The notes under the pieces were generated by a model that saw nothing but the letters and a program-made list of their open reading frames with translations, was not told where the DNA came from and did no database searches. A program made the translations under genes and the position numbers. Positions 46,488 to 54,712 of a stretch of DNA of 64,000 bases are shown here, one piece after another. The number at the start of each line of letters is the position of its first letter. Positions within the stretch are counted from its first letter, which is position 1. This DNA is from Candidatus Pacearchaeota archaeon (GTDB lineage: Archaea; Nanobdellota; Nanobdellia; Pacearchaeales; GW2011-AR1), in contig JBAZYG010000001.1 in NCBI GenBank assembly GCA_041659445.1, positions 381,624-445,623 on the forward strand, in the 5' to 3' direction.

Positions 46488-48047
46488 ATGCCAACAAAAA
46501 GAATAGGAATTCAAGATTATCCTCAAGTTGCTATTGATTTTTCACCAAGAATTCCAAAATTAAAAAAACAACGAGACAAATCTAAAATAAATGTAAGATA
46601 TTGTTTAATTTCTCCTTTCACATATGTCCATATTTATTGGAATCCAGAAGATTATGAAGTTGCATATGATATAGAAGAACCAATTTTAGATAAAAATGAA
46701 ACAAGATACCTTGAGCAAATTATTTCTGCAATGAAAGATATGATTGATTTTAATGAAATTATTCGAAAAAGCAAAGATTCATTGTTTGAATATATTGATA
46801 AAAGATTTAAAATATTGGCAATTGAATTAGGTTTAGATATTTCTTATGAAAGTTATAAAAAATTATTTTATTATTTATGCAGAGATTTTGTTGGATTTAA
46901 TGAAGTAGAACCTTTATTGAGAGATTATTTTGTCGAGGATATAGAATGTAATGGAGCAAACACTCCTATTTATATTGTTCACAGAGTTTTTAGAAATTTA
47001 AGAACAAACATTAAATTTGAAAGTAATTCAAGATTGGAAAGTTTTGTAGAAAAACTTGCACAAAGATGTGGAAAGTATATTTCATATGCAAAACCAATTT
47101 TAGATGCAAGTTTGCCAGATGGTTCAAGAGTTAATGCAACTTATACAAAAGATATTACAAGTAAAGGACCAACTTTTACAATTAGAAAATTCACTAAAAA
47201 ACCATGGACACCTCCTCAATTAGTTGCATTTAATACTTTAAGTCCTGAAATGCTTGCTTATTTATGGTTACTTGTCGAATATAAAATGAACGTTCTTATT
47301 ATTGGGGGAACGGCCTCAGGTAAAACCACTTTGTTAAATGCTATTGCGTTTTTTATTCCACCAGAAGCAAGAGTTGTAAGTATTGAAGATACTCGTGAAT
47401 TAAATTTACCTAGGGAAAACTGGTTGCCAAGTGTTTCGCGTTCTGCTATTGGAATTGGAAACATGGGTGAAATTGATTTGTATGATTTACTTAAAAGTTC
47501 ATTCAGACAAAATCCAGATTATGTAATTGTTGGTGAAGTTAGAGGTAAAGAAGCAAGTGTTTTATTTCAGGGAATGGCTTCAGGACACTCATCTATTAGT
47601 ACAATCCACGCTGATTCTGTTGAAACAGTTATAAAAAGATTAGAAACTCCTCCTATTGAACTTTCTCCAACTCTGTTAAATGTTCTAGACAGTGTTTGTA
47701 TTATGACTCATGCAATTGTAAATAAACAAGAAACAAGAAAATTAAGGGAAATTGTTGAAATTGTAAATGTAACTCCAGACGGAATAGCGTTAACAAATAC
47801 CCCGTTTAAATGGAATTCAAGAGAAGATGTATTTTATTTTAAAAAAGAAAGTAAATTATTTGAAAAAATTTCCAAAAGGTATGGTATAACAACAGAAGAA
47901 TTAGTTAAAGAATTTCAATTAAGAACAATTTTATTATATAAAATGTATGAAAATAAAATATTTGATTTTGACGATGTTCAAACAATCATAAATGAATATT
48001 ATAAAAGACCTGACGAAGTTTTAAAAAAATTTCAAGTAATTAAATAA
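46488..48047 (+). CDS. type IV pilus/archaellum-family secretion ATPase (FlaI/PilB/TadA/VirB11 superfamily)
   Basis: Walker A VLIIGGTASGKTTLLNAIAFFIP, SIEDTRELNL (Asp box), Walker B DYVIVGEVRGKEA, His box SSISTIHADS. Confidence 0.8.
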   Translation: MPTKRIGIQDYPQVAIDFSPRIPKLKKQRDKSKINVRYCLISPFTYVHIYWNPEDYEVAYDIEEPILDKNETRYLEQIISAMKDMIDFNEIIRKSKDSLFEYIDKRFKILAIELGLDISYESYKKLFYYLCRDFVGFNEVEPLLRDYFVEDIECNGANTPIYIVHRVFRNLRTNIKFESNSRLESFVEKLAQRCGKYISYAKPILDASLPDGSRVNATYTKDITSKGPTFTIRKFTKKPWTPPQLVAFNTLSPEMLAYLWLLVEYKMNVLIIGGTASGKTTLLNAIAFFIPPEARVVSIEDTRELNLPRENWLPSVSRSAIGIGNMGEIDLYDLLKSSFRQNPDYVIVGEVRGKEASVLFQGMASGHSSISTIHADSVETVIKRLETPPIELSPTLLNVLDSVCIMTHAIVNKQETRKLREIVEIVNVTPDGIALTNTPFKWNSREDVFYFKKESKLFEKISKRYGITTEELVKEFQLRTILLYKMYENKIFDFDDVQTIINEYYKRPDEVLKKFQVIK

Positions 48048-48103
48048 AATGAAAAAACTAAAAATAAATTTGGGTAAACTTCATTTTTCAAAAAACCAAT
48101 AAA

Positions 48104-48268
48104 ATGAGAAAAGAGGAAATACTTTACTTAGGACAATTATTTGAAATTCTTGAGGATAAAATAAAAAGATTAAAAGAATCATACGAAAATAAAGAAGTTC
48201 TAAAATTTAATTCTTTAAAAAAGGAAATAATTCAAATCCATGAAAAAATATCTGAAACAATAAAATGA
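48104..48268 (+). CDS. small coiled-coil protein (54 aa), below ORF-track cutoff
   Basis: Hand translation MRKEEILYLGQLFEILEDKIKRLKESYENKEVLKFNSLKKEIIQIHEKISETIK*; its stop overlaps the ATG of the next gene (atgA). Confidence 0.25.
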   Translation: MRKEEILYLGQLFEILEDKIKRLKESYENKEVLKFNSLKKEIIQIHEKISETIK

Positions 48269-49623
48269 TTAAAAAAAAAGAATATCCCTTTGAAAAAATA
48301 CAGAATTTGATTGAAAAACAAAATAAATTATTAGAAGAACTAAAAAAATTTTCTTTTGAAATGTATCGAAACAAATATGGTGAATCTGAAAAAACAATGA
48401 TTTCTCAAAGGATGGACAAAATAAAAGATACAATAAAACTTCAGAACAATCAATTAATAGAAGAAATAAAAGGAATAAACCTTGCAAAAGAACTTGGCCT
48501 ACCTGAAGAAGTAATAAAAACCACTCCTAAGAACTTTTTAAACTCAAAGCCTAAAGAAAGTGCATACGAGGATAGAGAAGATGAATCTTTGAAATTTAAA
48601 GGAGGAAAAATTTACAATACTAAAGAATTGTCTGTGAAAGGCCTTGAAAAAGAAACAATAGTAAGATTGAGAGAAGCAAAGAAAAAAGTTGAAAAAATTA
48701 AACACGAAAAAATAAAAACAAAATCAAAATATTCAGAACTCTCAAGTAAATTATTCTCAAAGGTTTCAAAAAAACTTTTAGGAAATGAATCTTTTAAAAA
48801 ATTACAGGAAAATTTGATTAAAGCAAATTTAGATTATTCTCCTACAGGATATATTTCTTTTATTTTATTTACTACTTTGATTTCAGTTTTTGTATCTATT
48901 TTTGTTATGCTTTTTTTCTTGTTTTTTAATATCGAGGCAATTTCACCATTTATAACAAGAACTAGCGAAGAAGTTTTAATTCGTCTTGGAAAAGTAATTT
49001 GGATTGTTATAGTTGCTCCAGTCGGAACTTTTTTCACATTATATTTTTATCCTAGTCTTGAAAAAAAATCAGCAGAATATAAGATAGACACAGAATTACC
49101 TTTTGCAACAATTCATATGGCTGCTATCGCAGGTTCGATGATAAACCCTGTAAAAATATTTGAAATTTTAATAACAACCAAAGAATATAAAGCTCTTGAA
49201 AAAGAATTTACAAAATTATTAAATGAAATAAATATTTATGGTTCAGATTTGGTTAATGCTTTAAAAAATACTGCAAAAAATACTTCTAGTAAAAGACTTT
49301 CAGAATTATTAAACGGATTATCTACAAATATAAGTTCTGGTGGAGACTTGCCGAGTTTTTTTGAAAAGAGATCTGAAACTTTATTATTTGAATACAGAAT
49401 TCAGAGGGAAAAAGCAACAAGAGGTGCAGAAAGTTTTATGAATATTTATATAAGCATGGCAATCGCATCTCCAATGATTTTAATGCTCTTATTAATGATG
49501 TTGAAGTTAAGTGGTCTTGGATTAAGTACTCCTGCATCAACACTAACTTTAATTATGGTACTTGGAGTTGTTGTGCTTAATGCTGTTTTAATAACTTTTT
49601 TGCACTTAAAAAAACAAAAATAA
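48265..49623 (+). CDS. pilus assembly platform membrane protein, FlaJ/TadC/PilC-like (first half)
   Basis: Cytoplasmic coiled-coil N-terminal domain, then a TM block with a T2SS-F-like organisation; adjacent to the ATPase as in archaeal pilus/archaellum operons. Confidence 0.5.
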   Translation: MIKKKEYPFEKIQNLIEKQNKLLEELKKFSFEMYRNKYGESEKTMISQRMDKIKDTIKLQNNQLIEEIKGINLAKELGLPEEVIKTTPKNFLNSKPKESAYEDREDESLKFKGGKIYNTKELSVKGLEKETIVRLREAKKKVEKIKHEKIKTKSKYSELSSKLFSKVSKKLLGNESFKKLQENLIKANLDYSPTGYISFILFTTLISVFVSIFVMLFFLFFNIEAISPFITRTSEEVLIRLGKVIWIVIVAPVGTFFTLYFYPSLEKKSAEYKIDTELPFATIHMAAIAGSMINPVKIFEILITTKEYKALEKEFTKLLNEINIYGSDLVNALKNTAKNTSSKRLSELLNGLSTNISSGGDLPSFFEKRSETLLFEYRIQREKATRGAESFMNIYISMAIASPMILMLLLMMLKLSGLGLSTPASTLTLIMVLGVVVLNAVLITFLHLKKQK

Positions 49624-49624
49624 A

Positions 49625-50482
49625 ATGGAACTAAAAAAAATACATTTAATCTCTGCATTAGTAGCGTTTGCATTAATTGCAATTGGATATTTTTTAGCAA
49701 GTAAAAAACTTTTTCCTTTAATTGCTGGAATTGGTGCATTAATTGGATTTGCTCCGTTTTTAATTACATTAATGAAAGAAATTAAAACTGCTTCTGAAAA
49801 AGAAGAAATGTTTTTGGAATTTGCTAGAAATCTCGTCGAGAGTGTTAAAACAGGAACTCCAATAAGTAAAAGTATTGTAAACATGAGCAATAAAAATTAT
49901 GGTGCCTTAACAGAGCATATTCAAAAACTAGCAAATCAAATTTCGTTAGGTATTCCCTTAAATAAAGCCTTGGATGTTTTTTCAAAAGATGTAAAAAATA
50001 AATCTATTTCACGTTCATTAACTTTAATTGGACAAGCAGAAAGAGCTGGAGGAGAAATTGGAGAAATACTTGAATCTGTTGCAGGAGCTGTTAGCATTTC
50101 AGATAAATTAAAAAAAGAAAGAAAAGCTTCAATCTCTACATTAGTTTCTCAAGGATATATTATTTTCTTGGTTTTTATTGTAATAATTTTAGTTATGCAA
50201 TATCAAATAATTCCAATGGTTTCTGGAATAGCAAATGTCCAAGATTTGGGGTTAGCGGGTTTTGGAGTTTCAAAAGTTAGTAATTATCAACAAGTTGAGC
50301 AAAGACAAATTTCAAATTCATTTTTGTATTTAATTTTAACACAAGGCTTTTGCGCAGGACTTGTTATTGGTAAAATTTCAGAAGGAAGCATTAAAGCAGG
50401 AATTAAACATTCTTTTTCCTTAATGTTTTTGTCTTTCTTAATATCTGCAATAGCAAATGCTTTGTTATCTAAAGGAGGATAA
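49625..50482 (+). CDS. pilus assembly platform membrane protein, FlaJ/TadC-like (second half)
   Basis: N-terminal TM pair, cytoplasmic helical domain (LANQISLGIPLNKALD... resembles the T2SS-F domain), C-terminal TM block; 1 nt after the previous stop. Confidence 0.5.
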   Translation: MELKKIHLISALVAFALIAIGYFLASKKLFPLIAGIGALIGFAPFLITLMKEIKTASEKEEMFLEFARNLVESVKTGTPISKSIVNMSNKNYGALTEHIQKLANQISLGIPLNKALDVFSKDVKNKSISRSLTLIGQAERAGGEIGEILESVAGAVSISDKLKKERKASISTLVSQGYIIFLVFIVIILVMQYQIIPMVSGIANVQDLGLAGFGVSKVSNYQQVEQRQISNSFLYLILTQGFCAGLVIGKISEGSIKAGIKHSFSLMFLSFLISAIANALLSKGG

Positions 50483-50506
50483 TTTATTTTTAAATAAAAA
50501 AATAAA

Positions 50507-51205
50507 ATGAAAAATAAAAGGGCCAGTCATGTAGATGTTACGATTTCATTTATTATTTTTGTTTTGTTTTTGACATTTTTATTTATATTTACAAAATTCC
50601 CAGAAAAATCAGAATCTGATCAAGATTTATCTCTAGGATTAGTAAAAAATAGTATGGTGAATTATTTATCTTCAGATGTTACAATTTATTATATTAAAAA
50701 TTCTTCTATAAAAACTTCTGAAAATTGCATAATGATTAATGAATTAAGTCTAGATCCAAATTTAAAAAATATTGTTAAAGATATAAATGAAAACAATATA
50801 TACTCAAAAAGAGAATCTGGAAATTTATATATTAGTTGGATTTCTGGACAAAGTTTATTTAAAAGCTATTATTCTGAAGAAAACTTTAGCAATTTCAATT
50901 TAACTGGTTCTTTGAATTGTCAAACCGGAGAAATAAATTCTATTCAAGAACAAAACAAAATCATGGAAACAAAAATATTAAAAATGATTCAAGAATATTC
51001 TTCAAATTATTCTTATCTAAAATCAAACATTGGAATACCTCAAAACGAAGATTTTAACGTGCAATTCGAATATGCTAATAAAACAATAATCGGGCAAAAC
51101 ATGACTGAAATTAAGGCTAGTGTTTTTGTAAAGAATTTTCAAATAGATTATTTAGACGTTAATGGTAATGAAAAAATAGGAAATTTAATAATATATTTAT
51201 GGTAA
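50507..51205 (+). CDS. pilin-like/pilus-associated protein with an N-terminal class III-like signal
   Basis: MKNKRASHVDVTISFIIFVLFLTFLFIF. Confidence 0.45.
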   Translation: MKNKRASHVDVTISFIIFVLFLTFLFIFTKFPEKSESDQDLSLGLVKNSMVNYLSSDVTIYYIKNSSIKTSENCIMINELSLDPNLKNIVKDINENNIYSKRESGNLYISWISGQSLFKSYYSEENFSNFNLTGSLNCQTGEINSIQEQNKIMETKILKMIQEYSSNYSYLKSNIGIPQNEDFNVQFEYANKTIIGQNMTEIKASVFVKNFQIDYLDVNGNEKIGNLIIYLW

Positions 51206-51657
51206 AAGAAAAAAAAATTATAAATAAGAAGAAAAAAGCTTGGATAAAAATATTTGAAGCTTTTATTTCGTTAGTGTTTATAGTTAGTATTATGTTTACT
51301 GTATCTTATACTGAAAAAGTAAATAAATATGATTTACCAAACAGAGTTCAAGAAAAACAAATAGAAATATTACATTTAATTCAAGTAAATGATTCATTAA
51401 GAAAAGAAATCTTGAATGTTACACAAATCCCTATAGAATCTAACGAAACAGGATTTCCAGAAGATTTAATTAATTTAGCAAACGATTCCATTCCTGAAAG
51501 TTTAGAATGTATTTTAAAAATTTGCCATCCTGAAAGCAATTGCGAATTAAATTATTATCCTGAAGAAAGAGAAATATATACACAAAATGTTATAATTAGT
51601 TCATCAATAAATCAATTCAATCCAAGAAAATTATCTATTTTTTGCTGGGAAAAATGA
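51199..51657 (+). CDS. pilus-associated protein with an N-terminal TM anchor
   Basis: KKKAWIKIFEAFISLVFIVSIMFTV then a soluble domain with CxxxC...C. Confidence 0.4.
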   Translation: MVKEKKIINKKKKAWIKIFEAFISLVFIVSIMFTVSYTEKVNKYDLPNRVQEKQIEILHLIQVNDSLRKEILNVTQIPIESNETGFPEDLINLANDSIPESLECILKICHPESNCELNYYPEEREIYTQNVIISSSINQFNPRKLSIFCWEK

Positions 51658-51705
51658 TTTTCTCTAAACTTAAAAATATAAAAAGTCATTTAGACAAATT
51701 AAATT

Positions 51706-52119
51706 ATGAAAACATTTGAATTTCTTGAGCATACTGCAGACATAAAAATAAAAGCTTATGGTAAAGATATAAATGAGGTTTTTAAAAATTCAGCATATGC
51801 TTTTTTAAATTTCTTAACAAATAAAAAAATTTCTGAAAAAAAATTAAAAAAAATAAAAGTTCAAGGAAAAGATTTTGAAAGTCTGCTTTACAATTTTATA
51901 GAAGAATTGATTTTTCTCCTTGATTCAGAGAACTTATTAATATCCAAAATTAAAAAATTAAAAATTGATAAAAATAAATTTAAATTGGAATCAGAAATTT
52001 ATTTTGACAAGTGTGAAAAATATTTAATAAGAAAATCAATAAAAGCAATAACTTACAATGAAATGTATATTAAAAAACAAAAAGACAAATGGATTGCACA
52101 ATTTGTTTTAGATATTTAA
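51706..52119 (+). CDS. archease (RtcB activator)
   Basis: MKTFEFLEHTADIKIKAYGKDINEVFKNSAYAF is the conserved archease N-terminus (F-x-x-L-x-H-T-A-D). Confidence 0.8.
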   Translation: MKTFEFLEHTADIKIKAYGKDINEVFKNSAYAFLNFLTNKKISEKKLKKIKVQGKDFESLLYNFIEELIFLLDSENLLISKIKKLKIDKNKFKLESEIYFDKCEKYLIRKSIKAITYNEMYIKKQKDKWIAQFVLDI

Positions 52120-52120
52120 A

Positions 52121-52954
52121 ATGAAAAAGAAATACACTAGAAGAGAAGCAATAAAATATGGTGCTAAGATTAGTGCAGGAGCATTAATATATGGGGCAAT
52201 TGGAAATGTTCTTGGAAGAGGATATAGATTTTTTAGAGATATTTATAGAGATGCCGATGAAAAAGTTGAAAACTTAAAAGAAGATGTTGCAAGAAAAAAA
52301 AGAGACATGGACGAATTTTATGAAGAAAATGTAAAACCTGAAAAAGATAATTTAAAAGAGAAATTTAAAAAAACTAAAATTGGTAAAAAATTGTATAACA
52401 CTAAAGAAGAACTTGAAGAAACTCCATTTGGAGAAAAAATTCATTCGAAAAAAGACAAACTTAAAGAAAACTATAAAAATTGGGATGAAAAAATTTTAGA
52501 CGAAAATGAAGAACCGGATAAAATATCAAGAAGAACATTTTTAGGAAGACTATTTCATGCATATAATGAACATCCTGTAGGAGTTGCAACAAGTGCAGGT
52601 ATTGTTTATGGTGGCTCAAAACATGCAATAAAAAACTTAAATAAATATAGAAGAAATAGAAGAGAAGCAATTCAAAGGGAAAAAATAAAAAATCTTGAAG
52701 AAGAATTAGAAAATTTTAAAGAAGATTATAAAAACAGTTCAAAAGATCTTGAAAACAGCGTCGATTCAGAATATTCAAATATTCTAATAATAGTTGGATT
52801 GGCTGGTTTTTTAATTTCTTTAATAATTGGTTCTTTGAAACTCACAGGAAATGTAATTTCAAATTCAAGCTTTCATTTTGATTCTTATCTTTCAATATTT
52901 CTATTAGTACTTTCATTAATTCTCATAATGATTGGATTAAAGAAAAAAAGGTAG
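52121..52954 (+). CDS. hypothetical protein with two RR-motif plus hydrophobic segments, a coiled-coil middle and C-terminal TM helices
   Basis: TRREAIKYGAKISAGALIYGA at the N-terminus and an internal ISRRTFLGRLF...VGVATSAGIVYGG (Tat-signal-like RRxFLG); sandwiched between archease and rtcB. Confidence 0.4.
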   Translation: MKKKYTRREAIKYGAKISAGALIYGAIGNVLGRGYRFFRDIYRDADEKVENLKEDVARKKRDMDEFYEENVKPEKDNLKEKFKKTKIGKKLYNTKEELEETPFGEKIHSKKDKLKENYKNWDEKILDENEEPDKISRRTFLGRLFHAYNEHPVGVATSAGIVYGGSKHAIKNLNKYRRNRREAIQREKIKNLEEELENFKEDYKNSSKDLENSVDSEYSNILIIVGLAGFLISLIIGSLKLTGNVISNSSFHFDSYLSIFLLVLSLILIMIGLKKKR

Positions 52955-52984
52955 TTTTTTATATTTTCAAAATAGCATAATTGC

Positions 52985-54361
52985 ATGCAAATAAAAAAAA
53001 TTTCAAAAAACAAATATGAAATTCCTAAATCTGAAGATATGAATGTTCCAGGATTAATTTATGCCTCGGAAAAATTGATTAAAGATATTGAAAAAGATAA
53101 AACACTGAATCAAGTAAAAAATGTTGCGCAATTGCCTGGAATTGTAAAATATTCTCTTGCTCTACCAGACGCACATCAAGGTTATGGTTTTTGCATTGGT
53201 GGCGTAGCTGCTTTTGATTTAGAAAAAGGAATAATTTCTCCAGGCGGTGTTGGATATGATATTAATTGTGGGGTAAGATTGCTCAAAACAAATTTAACAA
53301 AAAAAGATATTTCAGGAAAAGAAAAAATTCTTGCTGAATTTTTGTTCAAAAAAATTCCCTCTGGGGTTGGAAGAGGAAGTAAATTTCAATTAACTTACAA
53401 ACAATTAGATGAAGTTTTGGAAAAAGGTGTAGAATATTTAATTGAAAAAAATTATGCTTCAAAAGATGATTTAAAAAATATCGAAGAAAATGGAAGAATA
53501 AAAAATGCAGATTCATCTAAAGTTTCTGAAAGAGCAAAAAAAAGAGGAATTGGTCAACTTGGGACACTTGGTGCTGGAAATCACTTTTTGGAAATCCAAA
53601 TTGTAGATAATATCTTTGATGATAAAATTGCAAAGAAATTTGGATTGTTCAAGAATCAAATTGTTATAATGTTGCATTGTGGTTCTCGAGGATTAGGACA
53701 TCAAGTTGCCTCAGATTATATTAAATTAATGGAAGAAAAATATGATTTTGAAAATTTACCAGATAGAGAATTGATAAATGCTCCAATAAAAAGTAAACTT
53801 GGACAAGATTATCTTCAAGCAATGAATTGCGCTGCGAATTTTGCTTTTGCAAATAGACAAATAATTTCTCATTGGACAAAAGAAGTTTTTTCAGAAATTT
53901 TTCCAAATTCAAAAGTTGAAACTCTTTATGATGTTTGCCATAATATTGCAAAAATTGAAGAGTATAATTTAAACGGAAAAAAACAAAAGTTATGTGTTCA
54001 TAGAAAAGGAGCTACTCGAAGTTTTGAAAATCAGCCTGTTTTAATTCCAGGAACAATGGGAACTTCAAGTTATGTTCTGATTGGAAATAAAAAATCCCAA
54101 GATTTAACTTTTTCAAGTGTTGCACATGGTGCAGGAAGATTAAAAAGTAGAATTAGTGCAATGAAAATGGTAAAAGGAAAATTATTAAAAGAAAAATTAC
54201 AAAATAAAAAAATAATTATTCAAACAGATAACATTTCATCTCTTGCAGAAGAAGCTCCTGAAGCTTACAAAAATGTCGACGATGTTGTAGAAATAATTTC
54301 TGAAGAAGGCCTAGCAAAAAAAGTTGCACAATTAAGACCTTTAATCGTAATTAAAGGCTAG
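52985..54361 (+). CDS. rtcB: RNA-splicing ligase RtcB (3'-phosphate/5'-hydroxyl tRNA ligase)
   Basis: LPDAHQGYGFCIGGVAAFD, GGVGYDINCGVRLL, GAGNHFLEIQ, HCGSRGLGHQVA, PGTMGT, HGAGR: the conserved metal-binding and GTP-site blocks of RtcB. Confidence 0.85.
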   Translation: MQIKKISKNKYEIPKSEDMNVPGLIYASEKLIKDIEKDKTLNQVKNVAQLPGIVKYSLALPDAHQGYGFCIGGVAAFDLEKGIISPGGVGYDINCGVRLLKTNLTKKDISGKEKILAEFLFKKIPSGVGRGSKFQLTYKQLDEVLEKGVEYLIEKNYASKDDLKNIEENGRIKNADSSKVSERAKKRGIGQLGTLGAGNHFLEIQIVDNIFDDKIAKKFGLFKNQIVIMLHCGSRGLGHQVASDYIKLMEEKYDFENLPDRELINAPIKSKLGQDYLQAMNCAANFAFANRQIISHWTKEVFSEIFPNSKVETLYDVCHNIAKIEEYNLNGKKQKLCVHRKGATRSFENQPVLIPGTMGTSSYVLIGNKKSQDLTFSSVAHGAGRLKSRISAMKMVKGKLLKEKLQNKKIIIQTDNISSLAEEAPEAYKNVDDVVEIISEEGLAKKVAQLRPLIVIKG

Positions 54362-54659
54362 ATTTACATCTTAAATAATTTATAAAATCTGTAACTACAA
54401 TTAATTTACGAAAAAATTTATTTGGAATAAACTCTTTTAGACTTGAATAATTATCTAGAATAGAATTTGTATCTTTTTGAGAAAGTTCTTGATTAATCAA
54501 TTCAAATGAAATTGCATTTAAAAAATTAAATTCTTGATTTTTTAAAATTGCTTTTACTGCTTCGGAATCAATGTAATAATCTTCTGAATTTTTCTTAATC
54601 ATATCTATTAAAGAATAATGAATTTCATATTTTTTAAAAATACTTTGACTTTTAGTCAT
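54351..54659 (-). CDS. hypothetical protein (102 aa)
   Basis: Complete ORF convergent with rtcB (11-nt overlap). Confidence 0.35.
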   Translation of the reverse strand: MTKSQSIFKKYEIHYSLIDMIKKNSEDYYIDSEAVKAILKNQEFNFLNAISFELINQELSQKDTNSILDNYSSLKEFIPNKFFRKLIVVTDFINYLRCKSSL

Positions 54660-54712
54660 AACAAAATAAAAAGATTCTAATTTAAAAGAATTATTGTGAT
54701 AAAATAATCAAT

